Shown here piece by piece: positions 23,753 to 33,313 of a stretch of 45,770 nt of DNA. This DNA comes from a virus, in the IMG/VR virus record IMGVR_UViG_3300006099_000021. One strand, 5' to 3'. Made by a program: the position numbers and the translations under genes. The notes beneath the pieces were generated by a model, which worked only from the letters and a program-made list of their open reading frames with translations, ran no database searches and was not told the DNA's origin. Each line of letters begins with the position of its first letter. Position 1 is the first letter of the stretch.

Positions 23753-25270
23753 CTATACGGTGGGTTCGTAAATAGACGAATAGGAAGCCGCGCTTTCTTC
23801 GGCTTCTATCTGCTCTATCTCTGCGTCCGTGTCGTTTACCCAGCCCAACTGTTGTACGGCTGTCTTCCGCGAACAAATAGCCTTCTGACCGGTGGCCGAA
23901 AGAAGAAGGTTTACGTTCGCCGCTTCGTCCTCAATCATAAACGGGACTATTTCGGGTTCGATAATAAGGCTACCGCAAGCGTCTACAAAAGCCTTATCCT
24001 TGGCGTTCATTTGTGCTAAAAACGCCTGTATTACGCTTAATCGACGCTGCAAATAATCGTCGAACACCTCGCATTTGTCCTGTACTTTTAGGTGCGCGTC
24101 CATAAACAAAAGTTTCAAGGCGACACCCGAAACAGCCCCGATACCCTTTACTGAATCGAAAGCAATATCCGGCGTTTGCGTAATGGTATAAATCATACGC
24201 AAAAGGGTTTCTATCTCTAATTTCACGCTTTCGGGAGCTTGTGCCCAGCTTAGATATTGCGCGGTCGCCCCTTCTTCTCCCTCGATAACGGCCCCGCTTT
24301 CGCCCTTCTTGGCCCAACCCAAAATAGTACCCGTAGTAAAGATTTTCGGGCTTGCGTGGTAGTCGTTGGTATCGGCGAAGTTGGAAAGCAACTTTTCCAA
24401 GCGGTCTATAAGGTTCTGTACGTCTTCCCATTCTACGGCGGGCTGGCGGCCATAGATAACCGGAATTTTGCCTATTTGGTTCTTCTTGGGGTAGCCGTCC
24501 AATAACTGCCATTGGCTGCTGGCAAGCGTCCATTTCCGTATTTCGGTATCGGTATAGGTTTCGAAATAGGTATGTTTTACCCCCGCGCTATCCTTTACAA
24601 CGTATTCACGGGAGAAAGCCACCATATCGCCCGTTTCATCGAAGTAGGGGTAAAGCCTATCGCCGAACAACGGGCTAAAAATGGCTACCCGAAGTTTGTG
24701 CGTTGAATCGAAGCCGTAGTTTTTCGTCGGTTTCTCCACCGGGTACCAAAGTTCGGCCGATTCCTTACTGCTATACATACCCCGCGCTACCTTTCGGTTA
24801 AGGGTGCGGCTTTTGTTATCGAACAAAACACGCTTTACAGCCTTCAAAACGTCGGCTTCCTTGGTGCCTTCTTCCGGTTCCGCATTAAGAATTACGGGGT
24901 TTCCAAACGTGAAGGCTACGGCCCGCTTTACTATAAGTTTCTGAATCGCCAAGGCTACGCGGGCTACCGGCTCGATACGGAAGTTTTCGGTTTCCCCGTT
25001 TCCGTTGGTAACGGTCTTTATATTCTTCTTTTCTTCGTCGTTTATATCGAAGTCGGAAAGGTCTACTTTTACCTTCTTATCCCTACGCTTTACAGGGTCG
25101 TTTACGTCGTGGCCTTTGGGGTCAAGCTGGGCGATATATTCGGCCGCGTTCGGCTCGGTCGCATTACGTCCGTTCTTCAATTCGGCAATAGCGGTACTAT
25201 GGTTTTCGCCTGCCAAAAGTTCGTTAAGCTGCTTGCTATTCATTTTGTTGTTATTTTGATAGTTAAACAT
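23753..25270 (-). CDS. Portal protein
   Basis: 505 aa from MFNYQNNNK. This ATG overlaps the terminase TAA (TAATG). Position is immediately after the large terminase gene. Confidence 0.7.
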   Translation of the reverse strand: MFNYQNNNKMNSKQLNELLAGENHSTAIAELKNGRNATEPNAAEYIAQLDPKGHDVNDPVKRRDKKVKVDLSDFDINDEEKKNIKTVTNGNGETENFRIEPVARVALAIQKLIVKRAVAFTFGNPVILNAEPEEGTKEADVLKAVKRVLFDNKSRTLNRKVARGMYSSKESAELWYPVEKPTKNYGFDSTHKLRVAIFSPLFGDRLYPYFDETGDMVAFSREYVVKDSAGVKHTYFETYTDTEIRKWTLASSQWQLLDGYPKKNQIGKIPVIYGRQPAVEWEDVQNLIDRLEKLLSNFADTNDYHASPKIFTTGTILGWAKKGESGAVIEGEEGATAQYLSWAQAPESVKLEIETLLRMIYTITQTPDIAFDSVKGIGAVSGVALKLLFMDAHLKVQDKCEVFDDYLQRRLSVIQAFLAQMNAKDKAFVDACGSLIIEPEIVPFMIEDEAANVNLLLSATGQKAICSRKTAVQQLGWVNDTDAEIEQIEAEESAASYSSIYEPTV

Positions 25271-26733
25271 TATGCGAAATATCCGGCCGCGCTTTTCTTG
25301 CCTGTAATGGGCCGTTGCTCTACGGTTCCGGTCAATGCGTCCGGCGCGTCGTCGTGGGCGTTCTTGCCAACTTTCATATAGTGCGTAAGGGCTTGGTAGA
25401 AATCGGGCCACATTTGCGCCCACCCGCGCGGGAAATAGGTAAGGTTTTGTACTTCCGCGCTATGCGTGAATATGCGTACGGCCTTGTTTTGGCTTTGGTG
25501 GAACCACTTAATACGGGTTTTGTTGTTACCCATTAACCGGGCTTGCTTCTCTACATTACGCGCGAAACCCCGGCCGCCGTTGTTACTCTCTACTACGGCC
25601 AATTCTACCGCGTGTTTGGTTAGCATTTCGGCCGTTTTGGGTTCGGTGTACTCCATAGGCTTAGCCGTATAAAGCACGTCCAAAACAAAGTTTCCTATCT
25701 CGGTTTCAAGGTAGGTTATCGAGCAAAGGAAATCCGCGCCTTCGTCCGCCGTATCGGTATAGTTCTTAACCTTCCGTATCTTGGTGGCCGGCAGTATGTC
25801 GTATTCCTTAAAGGGATTTTCGTACATAAGGCCCTGCAAGGGTTTCGGGTCTTGCTGGTAAAGGGATTCAAATACGTGCGGGTTTCGGGTGCGTATGGCT
25901 TCCAACTTTTCCAAATTGTGGCGTTCGGGCCATAGTGCCGTACCTTCTTCGCGCGGGTCGTATTCGGTAGGTGCGCCCTTCTTAATCGCTTGGTATGTTA
26001 CTACTACCCACCCGTTCGGATTGTTTACCGGGTCGTATATTCCTTGCTGCTCCAAAAGGCGGCCGGCTAAGTCCTTTTCGTGCCAGCGGGTAAATACTAT
26101 AAGCTGCTGGCTATTGTTGTGTAATCGGGTTTCGGCTACCGTGTCGTACCAATCTTCGATAGCTTCCCGAACAACCGCCGACCAAGCCGTTTTAGCGTCC
26201 TTATAAATGTCGTCCATTATAAGGGTATCTACCGGTTCGCCGGTAAGAGGGCCACCTACGCCGACGGTCTTAAAGCCGCCCCGGTGTCCTACTATTTCGC
26301 ATTCGTCGGCATTGCGAAGCCAAGCCCCGGCAACGGTCGTAATGTTCGATGAATTAAGGCACGTTTCCGGGAATATTTCGGCATATTCCGGCGTGTCTAT
26401 AATACGCTGTATTTCGCGGTTGAATTTACGGGCCTTCGGAGCCGAATAGCTTACGACGGCTATTTTATTGTCCGGGTTCCGGCCAAGTATATAAGCCGGA
26501 AGGCGGCGCGTAGAACCTTCGCTTTTGCCGTGCTGGGGCGGCATGAATACCATTAGCTTTTTAATCTTTCCTTCTGCGAATAAGGTTAGAACGTGGTAAT
26601 ATCGTACATGAAATTCGGCCGGGTCGAAAGTAGGCATAGTAGCGCGGGTAAACGGCAAAAGGTCGGTACGTGCTTCGCGTATCAATCTTTCCCGCAATGC
26701 GGCTATATACTCTATTTTCTCTTGGCGTGTCAT
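25270..26733 (-). CDS. terL: Terminase large subunit
   Basis: 487 aa. Walker A-like PPQHGKSE, Walker B-like LIMDDIY, and a C-terminal nuclease region with a conserved Asp (YTDTADEGADF). Confidence 0.85.
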   Translation of the reverse strand: MTRQEKIEYIAALRERLIREARTDLLPFTRATMPTFDPAEFHVRYYHVLTLFAEGKIKKLMVFMPPQHGKSEGSTRRLPAYILGRNPDNKIAVVSYSAPKARKFNREIQRIIDTPEYAEIFPETCLNSSNITTVAGAWLRNADECEIVGHRGGFKTVGVGGPLTGEPVDTLIMDDIYKDAKTAWSAVVREAIEDWYDTVAETRLHNNSQQLIVFTRWHEKDLAGRLLEQQGIYDPVNNPNGWVVVTYQAIKKGAPTEYDPREEGTALWPERHNLEKLEAIRTRNPHVFESLYQQDPKPLQGLMYENPFKEYDILPATKIRKVKNYTDTADEGADFLCSITYLETEIGNFVLDVLYTAKPMEYTEPKTAEMLTKHAVELAVVESNNGGRGFARNVEKQARLMGNNKTRIKWFHQSQNKAVRIFTHSAEVQNLTYFPRGWAQMWPDFYQALTHYMKVGKNAHDDAPDALTGTVEQRPITGKKSAAGYFA

Positions 26734-27248
26734 TTACCTAATTTCTTTTCCAATTCGGCTATACGTGCGTCTAATTCTTCATCGGAAAGCTGCCCGAACA
26801 AATCCTTACCGTCCTTGCCCGTTACTTCGTTGTTCTGCCTGTTCTTCCAATTCTCCGGCTCTCCGTTGGTAAGTGTAAAGATTATCGCGGCCGTGTCCGG
26901 CTGGTAGTGTTTATCGACTATCTTTTGTTCCTTTATTCGCGGTATCTCCTTGCCGTTTACGTCGTACTTGCCGGAACCTACCGTAGTGATGTGCTTTTCC
27001 TGCACCGTGTACCCTTGTATCTTCCGTAGAAGGCTTTTTTTCGCTTCGGCTACAAAGAAGGCCATACGTTCCGCTTCGGCTTTTTTTATAGCGTCGGAAA
27101 ACTCGGAAAACTCCTTTATCCAAGTGTAGTAAGTATCGGGGTGTATCTTGACCATACGGCATACTTCCGCCACCGTGTAGGTGTCGGTAGCGATAAGCGA
27201 ACATATCTTTTCGGCTATCTTCTTATTGTATTTCGTAGGTCTTCCCAT
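26730..27248 (-). CDS. terS: Terminase small subunit (HTH)
   Basis: 172 aa. N-terminal MGRPTKYNKKIAEKIC...TVAEVCRMVKIHPDTYYTW helix-turn-helix. 4-nt overlap with terL. Confidence 0.65.
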   Translation of the reverse strand: MGRPTKYNKKIAEKICSLIATDTYTVAEVCRMVKIHPDTYYTWIKEFSEFSDAIKKAEAERMAFFVAEAKKSLLRKIQGYTVQEKHITTVGSGKYDVNGKEIPRIKEQKIVDKHYQPDTAAIIFTLTNGEPENWKNRQNNEVTGKDGKDLFGQLSDEELDARIAELEKKLGK

Positions 27249-27249
27249 T

Positions 27250-28605
27250 CTACAATTTTGTTATTACTACTTCGGGGTCGTACTTCTTAATTCGGTCTAA
27301 TATGATTTGGCAATACTGCGGGGAAATCTCGATACCGAAGCAATTGCGTTCCAATTGGTGCGCGGCTATAAGGGTGGAGCCGGAACCTAAAAAGAAGTCT
27401 ATTACCAAGTCGAACGCGCGGCTACTGTTGCGGATAAGTCGGCCGATAAGTTTTACAGGCTTCATTGTCGGGTGGTCTGCGTTCTTCATCGGCTTATCTT
27501 CGTGAATAATCGTACTTGGGTGTTCGTTATCGTTCTGCAACTCCTTTACATAGGCTAATAGTTCCTTCTTTGTCATTGCGTCGAAGTCTACCTTATCTTC
27601 TATTACCGTGTGCTGGGAACGGTCGTTAATAAAGTAATGCGGGCCGCCGTCCTTCCACCCGTAAAGTATCGGTTCGTGCTGCCATTGGTAATCCTGCTTT
27701 CCGATAACGATGTTATTTTTTACCCAGACAAGGTGCTGTTTATAGAGGAATCCGGCCCCGGTAAATCCGGTAATAAACGGCACCGCTTTTAATGCAGCGT
27801 GGAAAACATAGATAGCCGCGCCGGGCTTGCAACTTTCATATAGGGAAGCGTGTATATCTCCCATGAAAGCCGTAAAATCGGCGTCGCTCATATTGTCGTT
27901 CTTAATGTCCGTTTGTATGCGGTTTCCCCTGTCGGTATTGTTCAAATACTTGTTTTTGCTGGCATAGTCTACGTTATACGGCGGGTCTGTTACAATGCAA
28001 TCGGCCTGCATACCGCCCATAAGTCGGCGTACGTCCTCAATTTTTCGAGTATCTCCGCATAATAGGCGGTGGCAAATGGCCCCTTTACGAATTTCGAAAA
28101 GGTCGCCTTCTTTTATGTCCGTTTCTACGTCTTCGGAGGCCGGCGGTGTAAATCCGTCTTCGGTTAATTCCCGTTCCGGTTCTTCGGGTTCTGCAAACTC
28201 TGTAACGCCCCATTCTTCGGGGGATATTTCCCACCTTTCAGCCGCTTGGGTAAGTGCCGTTTCGTCCCAATCCAAATTAGCGGCCCCGGTCGCATTGTCG
28301 GCTAAGGCCAGTTCGCGCCCTTCCCGCGTATCTAAATCTATGTCGGTACGTTTTACCGCTACTATTTCTTCGCCGGTGGTTTCGACTATCAAAACCTTTT
28401 CTAAACCTATTTGCCCGGCGTTTTCTACGGTTTTATTCCCGGCTATAATACGGTTGTTCTTATCCAAAAGAATAGAACGGCCCGCCCCGAATTGGCGCAG
28501 GCTCTTTTCTATCAAACTTTGGCCGAACTGCGTACCCTTGTTAAAATTTACGTCGTCCGGTATAAGTTGGGCTATATCCGCTTCTATAATCTTCTTCGGT
28601 GCCAT
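27250..28605 (-). CDS. ParB-like nuclease domain fused to DNA N6-adenine/N4-cytosine methyltransferase
   Basis: Start at MAPKK (28605). ParB-type motif AGRSILLDKNNRIIAGNKTVENA. Motif IV is TDPPY and motif I is FFLGSGST (beta-class order). Confidence 0.8.
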   Translation of the reverse strand: MAPKKIIEADIAQLIPDDVNFNKGTQFGQSLIEKSLRQFGAGRSILLDKNNRIIAGNKTVENAGQIGLEKVLIVETTGEEIVAVKRTDIDLDTREGRELALADNATGAANLDWDETALTQAAERWEISPEEWGVTEFAEPEEPERELTEDGFTPPASEDVETDIKEGDLFEIRKGAICHRLLCGDTRKIEDVRRLMGGMQADCIVTDPPYNVDYASKNKYLNNTDRGNRIQTDIKNDNMSDADFTAFMGDIHASLYESCKPGAAIYVFHAALKAVPFITGFTGAGFLYKQHLVWVKNNIVIGKQDYQWQHEPILYGWKDGGPHYFINDRSQHTVIEDKVDFDAMTKKELLAYVKELQNDNEHPSTIIHEDKPMKNADHPTMKPVKLIGRLIRNSSRAFDLVIDFFLGSGSTLIAAHQLERNCFGIEISPQYCQIILDRIKKYDPEVVITKL

Positions 28606-28609
28606 AGGC

Positions 28610-28900
28610 TTACGCAATGAATTGGAATACCAAGCGGGCCAATAGTACGTTAAGGACACCGGCAAGAACACCGACTACCGAAAAAATAAAATCCCAAACT
28701 TCCGGGGTTCCCTTCTTGCTGAATTTGTCGTAAAGCTCTTTCCCGGCGGCGGCCACAATCCCAGCGCAAAGGCCATAGAAGACACCGAAAAGCCCCACGA
28801 AGAAGGCGATAATAAAACCGGCGGCTAAATGTAGCCATTTGTCCGAACTGAATAAGTAGCCCTTAAAGGTCGTAAGGGCCTGTAAAATCTTTTCTCTCAT
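28610..28900 (-). CDS. Small membrane protein
   Basis: 96 aa with three predicted TM helices. Confidence 0.5.
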   Translation of the reverse strand: MREKILQALTTFKGYLFSSDKWLHLAAGFIIAFFVGLFGVFYGLCAGIVAAAGKELYDKFSKKGTPEVWDFIFSVVGVLAGVLNVLLARLVFQFIA

Positions 28901-28940
28901 ACCTGCGTACGTTTATTAGTGTGTAAATATTCGCGTTACG

Positions 28941-28973
28941 CAAAAATAAAAGAAGCGCATTATTATAATACGC
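28941..28973 (-). promoter_or_regulatory. Promoter-like -7 box (TATTTTTG, 28941..28948) with upstream 19-bp palindrome (28955..28973)
   Basis: The minus strand reads GCGTATTATAATAATGCGC-N6-TATTTTTG, 18/19 identical to the site at 5416..5434. Confidence 0.5.
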
Positions 28974-28999
28974 TTCTTTATCCAAGAATAATTAAAAAG

Positions 29000-29365
29000 T
29001 TACCAACATAAACGGGGGATATATTCCCGTATAACCTGCTGGAAGTCTTCTAAGGAACGGCAAACGGCATACTTATTACCATGCGCTTCGGCCAACGCTT
29101 GCCACTCCTTTTGCGTGGGTGTTTGCCGACTGTTTTTGCTGGGGGTCTTAAACTCGATACAAAGGGAATGAAACCCGCCGGAAGGGTAAAGTAGGATAAG
29201 GTCAGCAACCCCGGCCGTTACTCCTTCGCCCTTCATAATCGCGGCTTCCTTTGCGTTCCTTGCCCCGCCATTCGGAACCGCGAAAAGAAGGCGGCCTATT
29301 TTCGGGTACTGCAACCGGAACCAAGTAACGCAGTCCTTCTGTATTTGGCTTTCTATATGTCGCAT
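29000..29365 (-). CDS. VRR-NUC domain nuclease
   Basis: 121 aa with the PD-(D/E)xK-type pattern GVADLILLY...CIEFKTP. Confidence 0.65.
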   Translation of the reverse strand: MRHIESQIQKDCVTWFRLQYPKIGRLLFAVPNGGARNAKEAAIMKGEGVTAGVADLILLYPSGGFHSLCIEFKTPSKNSRQTPTQKEWQALAEAHGNKYAVCRSLEDFQQVIREYIPRLCW

Positions 29366-29366
29366 A

Positions 29367-29753
29367 TTATTCGGTTTCTTTTTCGTACAAGTGGCAAGCC
29401 GGGTTATTTACCTTTATCCGTTTCAATCCGTTACCAGTTCTTCGGCTCTTTTGAAGGGCGCAACTTTGCACTATCTTCGTACTATGGTCGTTCAATTCCC
29501 AACGCTGGCGGTGCTTGCAAGTCCGGCAAGTCGGCAATTTCGGTTTGGCTCCGGTCTTAACGGCAGCTATAAATTTGTTGTAATCCATAGCCGAATATAG
29601 CTTTAACCAATCTTCGCGTACCAAAATATCGCGCTGGGGAACATAAGCGTAGAATACGCCATTTATCCGGCACCCGCCCGAAAACCTTGCAACCGATAAA
29701 TACGGCAGCTTCGTAACGTCGGCAACTACTATAACTTTGTCTGTGTCGAACAT
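29367..29753 (-). CDS. Hypothetical Cys-rich protein
   Basis: 128-aa ORF with CRTCKH...C...C, suggesting a zinc site. Confidence 0.4.
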   Translation of the reverse strand: MFDTDKVIVVADVTKLPYLSVARFSGGCRINGVFYAYVPQRDILVREDWLKLYSAMDYNKFIAAVKTGAKPKLPTCRTCKHRQRWELNDHSTKIVQSCALQKSRRTGNGLKRIKVNNPACHLYEKETE

Positions 29754-29808
29754 ACCTATTTGTATTTTACCGTTAATAAATACTGTTGTACCTTTTCGGC
29801 TATTTTAA

Positions 29809-30372
29809 TTATATGAAACGGCCAATAGTACGGGCCGCAACCCAAAACCATACTTCCCGCAATCCGATACGGATAGCCAAGCCAATACGGGTAAGCCCTT
29901 CTTTGAAGTTTTCAGAAAACCGGCAATACCGAACCCCGGCTTTCGTTTCTTTAAGAAGGTAGGCGTATGCTTCGCCCCGTGTGCGGAAGTATGTATTTTC
30001 GTACATAATCGCGCCGCTATGGGTTGTATTCGGCCAGCCGTATTCCTCGCATAGTTCGGCCTTTACCGCCCACCGGTCAATAGTGAATACCGGAAGGTTT
30101 CGGGCGAAGGTGTCCGGTTCATCAATCAAGGCCCGAAGTACCCCGTTTTTTTCGTCTGCCTTAATACGGGCGGCAAGCTGTCCTATTTCGCTATTCTCGC
30201 CGGGCGTAACCAAAGACGAATAGAAAACTTTACCGGTTTCTATATTTATGGCTATAATCCCGTGAACATACCCGGAACCGATACAAATACAAGCCCCGCC
30301 GTATTTTTCTTCGTTATAGATAGCTACGATATGCTTTATATCGTAATGCTGCTTTATTGTTTTGAATCCCAT
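29809..30372 (-). CDS. Hypothetical protein
   Basis: 187-aa ORF in the same-strand early operon. Confidence 0.4.
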   Translation of the reverse strand: MGFKTIKQHYDIKHIVAIYNEEKYGGACICIGSGYVHGIIAINIETGKVFYSSLVTPGENSEIGQLAARIKADEKNGVLRALIDEPDTFARNLPVFTIDRWAVKAELCEEYGWPNTTHSGAIMYENTYFRTRGEAYAYLLKETKAGVRYCRFSENFKEGLTRIGLAIRIGLREVWFWVAARTIGRFI

Positions 30373-30376
30373 ATAC

Positions 30377-30577
30377 TTATTTTGTTGTTTGTTTGAACCA
30401 TGCCCGGTAACAAAGTTCCCGGAGCAAATCCGAAATAATGGCTAACCCTTTGGAAAGCCATAAGCAAATCAATTGAAGCGGCACGACCGCAAAGAATACA
30501 AGCCAAAACACCGTATTCCAAAATAGGCCGGTACGCTTTTTTATCTTTATCGTATAGGTAATTTCCCCTTTGTTCAT
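30377..30577 (-). CDS. Small membrane protein
   Basis: 66 aa with two hydrophobic helices. Confidence 0.35.
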   Translation of the reverse strand: MNKGEITYTIKIKKRTGLFWNTVFWLVFFAVVPLQLICLWLSKGLAIISDLLRELCYRAWFKQTTK

Positions 30578-30581
30578 ACCA

Positions 30582-30884
30582 TTACTTTTTAGTTTCTACT
30601 TCTTGTTTCGCCCGATAGTTTACTACCGTTTGGGCTACTCTGAAAACAAGCCCGGTTATCGCGTCGCGCTGGGACTTCGGCAGGCCGCTTTCAAGGTTCG
30701 CAACCTTTATAAAAGTTTCCCTAATACCTTCTACCGTAAATATCCCTGCGTCCTTCAATGCGTCGTACGGTGTCCGGCGATACCTGTAACCTTCTTGCGG
30801 AGCCGGTCGGTTGTTATAGGCTTCTATTTCGTAGCCTAAGAACTCGTTAAATTTGTCGTCCTTAATTATGTCCTTTACTTTCAT
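30582..30884 (-). CDS. Hypothetical protein
   Basis: 100-aa ORF. Confidence 0.4.
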   Translation of the reverse strand: MKVKDIIKDDKFNEFLGYEIEAYNNRPAPQEGYRYRRTPYDALKDAGIFTVEGIRETFIKVANLESGLPKSQRDAITGLVFRVAQTVVNYRAKQEVETKK

Positions 30885-31065
30885 CGTCTTTATTTTTATG
30901 TATGTTATAATCTTTATTCGCGTTGTAGCCGCACCAAGTACAATAACCGAGGGCTACATTAAGCGCATAGTTTTCGCGCTGGCATTTGGGGCATATTATA
31001 AGCCCTATACTTCCGTCGTCGTCCCTATATAGGCCGCTCGGCAAATTGTTGCTTCGTGTTCCCAT
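30862..31065 (-). CDS. Small zinc-ribbon protein
   Basis: 67 aa with CPKC...CTWC. Confidence 0.4.
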   Translation of the reverse strand: MGTRSNNLPSGLYRDDDGSIGLIICPKCQRENYALNVALGYCTWCGYNANKDYNIHKNKDDESKGHN

Positions 31066-31613
31066 TAGTACCGCCTTTTTGTAAAGTGAATAATAGCGAA
31101 GTCAAGAGTAAGCGCAGAAGCGAGTCCGGCCAATTCGTGGTACTTCTTTTCGGCAGCGTCAAATACCGGCGCGAACCATGCCTTAAAATCGTCTACTGTA
31201 AGCCCGTCGTTTTCGGCTAAAATCTCCAAGGGGACGGGGAGGCCGTCTACCTTTGCTTCATAATCGTAATAAACGACAGATATTATCGGTTTGTCGTCTA
31301 ATTGTGCTTCCGCGTAGTGATTTACTACGCACTTTTCCCGTCGTAACTCCAATTTCTGTACGCCGACAATGTCGGCCGGAATCTCGGTTATAACTTCTTG
31401 GGGGCTTCGGTATGGTTTTTCGCTCCATTGGCGGACGCTAAGAACTCCACCCGTAGCCATTATTTTTTCGATTTTTGCCCGCCAATACTCGTAATTGCTT
31501 CGGCAGGTGTGTACCTTCCGCCCGTCGGCTACTTTGGCTATAAAGCCCGTTTCTTGCCCTTTACGTGGGTGCTTCGGGCCGAAGTGTTTGCCAAGCGTTA
31601 CTACTGCTTTCAT
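31065..31613 (-). CDS. Hypothetical protein
   Basis: 182-aa ORF with start/stop overlap with its neighbour. Confidence 0.4.
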   Translation of the reverse strand: MKAVVTLGKHFGPKHPRKGQETGFIAKVADGRKVHTCRSNYEYWRAKIEKIMATGGVLSVRQWSEKPYRSPQEVITEIPADIVGVQKLELRREKCVVNHYAEAQLDDKPIISVVYYDYEAKVDGLPVPLEILAENDGLTVDDFKAWFAPVFDAAEKKYHELAGLASALTLDFAIIHFTKRRY

Positions 31614-31615
31614 CG

Positions 31616-31909
31616 TTAATTAACTTTTGTTCGGTTATAAAGTAGGTGCGTATCTATTCCGGTAGCGTTAAAGACCAAGGCCCGAACGTCTTGCCCTAAT
31701 TTTTCGACGGCTTTTAAGGTGTCTTCTTGGCTAACTCCTTCGGCCTGCTGCTTCTCGAAAAACTTATCTACGAGTGCGCTCATAAATATTTTTGTAGAAG
31801 CCCGGAACCCTTCTAAGGTGTAATTCGGTTTTGCCCCGTTAAATGCTTCGTACTCCCAAAGGGTAGCTTCCATTTCTTCGAGCACGGGGCTTAATTTCTT
31901 TCCTATCAT
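31616..31909 (-). CDS. Hypothetical protein
   Basis: 97-aa ORF. Confidence 0.4.
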   Translation of the reverse strand: MIGKKLSPVLEEMEATLWEYEAFNGAKPNYTLEGFRASTKIFMSALVDKFFEKQQAEGVSQEDTLKAVEKLGQDVRALVFNATGIDTHLLYNRTKVN

Positions 31910-31920
31910 ATCGGTAACTG

Positions 31921-32352
31921 TTAAAATGGTAAATCGTCTACTTCTTCGGGTTGCTGATATGCCGGCGGCTGTGTCGGCGCATACGTTGGGGCAGCGGCCG
32001 AAGTCGTTACGGCCTGCTGGGGGACTTCTGTTTGGTCGGCCCGGTTTCCGCCTAAAAGCTGCAATTCTCTAACCCGGCAATTTATACCAGTTTGTAATAC
32101 TCCGCCGGCTTCGTATGCCTTGGCCGAAAGTTCGCCGCGAATGAATACGCGGGTTCCTTTCTTCAAATAGTTAATTACCGGGCTTTCTCCGTATTTAAGG
32201 CAGCTTACCCAAGTCGTACGTTCGTGTCTTTGCCCCTGCGAATCTTTATAGCTTTCGGTATGGGCTACGCTGAAAGCTATGTACTTTTGCCCGTTAAGGT
32301 CTTTAATAATGGCGTCCGCTCCGAGGTTGCCAATTGCTTCTAATACTAACAT
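31921..32352 (-). CDS. ssb: Single-stranded DNA-binding protein
   Basis: 143 aa. OB-fold N-terminus, Pro/Gln/Ala-rich linker and an acidic C-terminal tip, EEVDDLPF. Confidence 0.85.
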   Translation of the reverse strand: MLVLEAIGNLGADAIIKDLNGQKYIAFSVAHTESYKDSQGQRHERTTWVSCLKYGESPVINYLKKGTRVFIRGELSAKAYEAGGVLQTGINCRVRELQLLGGNRADQTEVPQQAVTTSAAAPTYAPTQPPAYQQPEEVDDLPF

Positions 32353-32362
32353 ATTGCTTTAA

Positions 32363-33310
32363 TTATTTGGTTTGAAAATCTTTACTTGTGAATAATCGCG
32401 GCGTTTCGTCCGGTAGCTGAACCCCAATAGCGCGTAAGGCTTCCCGGTAGGTATAACCGTTATTTTGGTAGTTCATAAAGACGTTATAGGCTTTGGGGTG
32501 CAAGTCGTACAACCGTTCGAAACGCGATATTTTTTCTATATGCGCCCCGAAGCCGCAAAACATACAGCCTGTTTGTTCTACTCCGGGAATATCGTAAATG
32601 GGACTATATGGTATATTGAATCGGTGTATATATTCCCAAATATCGGTATCTCTCCATATACTTATCGGATAACTTGCCACCCTGCGACCTTCGTAGCTGT
32701 TACACCCACCACGTTTTATATATTCGTGCGTTCTTAGGTCGCTTTCCGCAGCCATAACACCTAAAATTGGGACTTCTCCCGTTTCGCTTTCATATTTACG
32801 GAAAGGTCGCTTTTTCAAACATTCGCAACACTTTTCGCTTATATCAAATGGTTTGTCTATTAAGAATTTCCAACGCTCGGATATTTTACCTATAAATGAA
32901 TCTTTTACCTTTTTCCCATTTAGCCGCTTTTCTTTCAAATACGGGCTATTAGTGTGTCTAATCTCCCTTATATACGATGCTTGTTCTTTCGATATAAGCG
33001 GAAATCCATATTTGCCGATAACTTCCCTTACCGTAATTCCCGGCCGTATTATCGTTACGTTCTCGGTGCTTCTGACGAAGCGCACTATTTCGGGGTACTC
33101 GTTGCCGGTATTGCAAAAGACTGCTTTTATATCCCTATTGACAAACCGCCGCACTATGTCAAGCAATACGGTAGAATCTTTGCCGCCGGAGAAGGAAACG
33201 TAAGGGACTTTACCCGTACGGGAAAGGAAGGCTTCTACCGTCCCTACCGCGTGGTCTATCTTTTGGTTTAACGTCCAACCTTGGCGCGTGTTTAGTTCCT
33301 GTATTGTCAT
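32363..33310 (-). CDS. PAPS reductase-family PP-loop protein with C-terminal Cys cluster
   Basis: 315 aa. PP-loop SFSGGKDST, CCEC and C-x-x-C (CMFC) motifs. 3 nt downstream of the C5-methyltransferase gene. Confidence 0.7.
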   Translation of the reverse strand: MTIQELNTRQGWTLNQKIDHAVGTVEAFLSRTGKVPYVSFSGGKDSTVLLDIVRRFVNRDIKAVFCNTGNEYPEIVRFVRSTENVTIIRPGITVREVIGKYGFPLISKEQASYIREIRHTNSPYLKEKRLNGKKVKDSFIGKISERWKFLIDKPFDISEKCCECLKKRPFRKYESETGEVPILGVMAAESDLRTHEYIKRGGCNSYEGRRVASYPISIWRDTDIWEYIHRFNIPYSPIYDIPGVEQTGCMFCGFGAHIEKISRFERLYDLHPKAYNVFMNYQNNGYTYREALRAIGVQLPDETPRLFTSKDFQTK

Positions 33311-33313
33311 TGC

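Noticed and set aside
25271-25423. N-terminal 51-aa extension of the portal ORF overlapping terL
   Set aside because: The extension is Arg-rich and lies entirely inside the terL coding region. The ATG at 25270 overlaps the terL stop (TAATG), which is the usual coupled arrangement.
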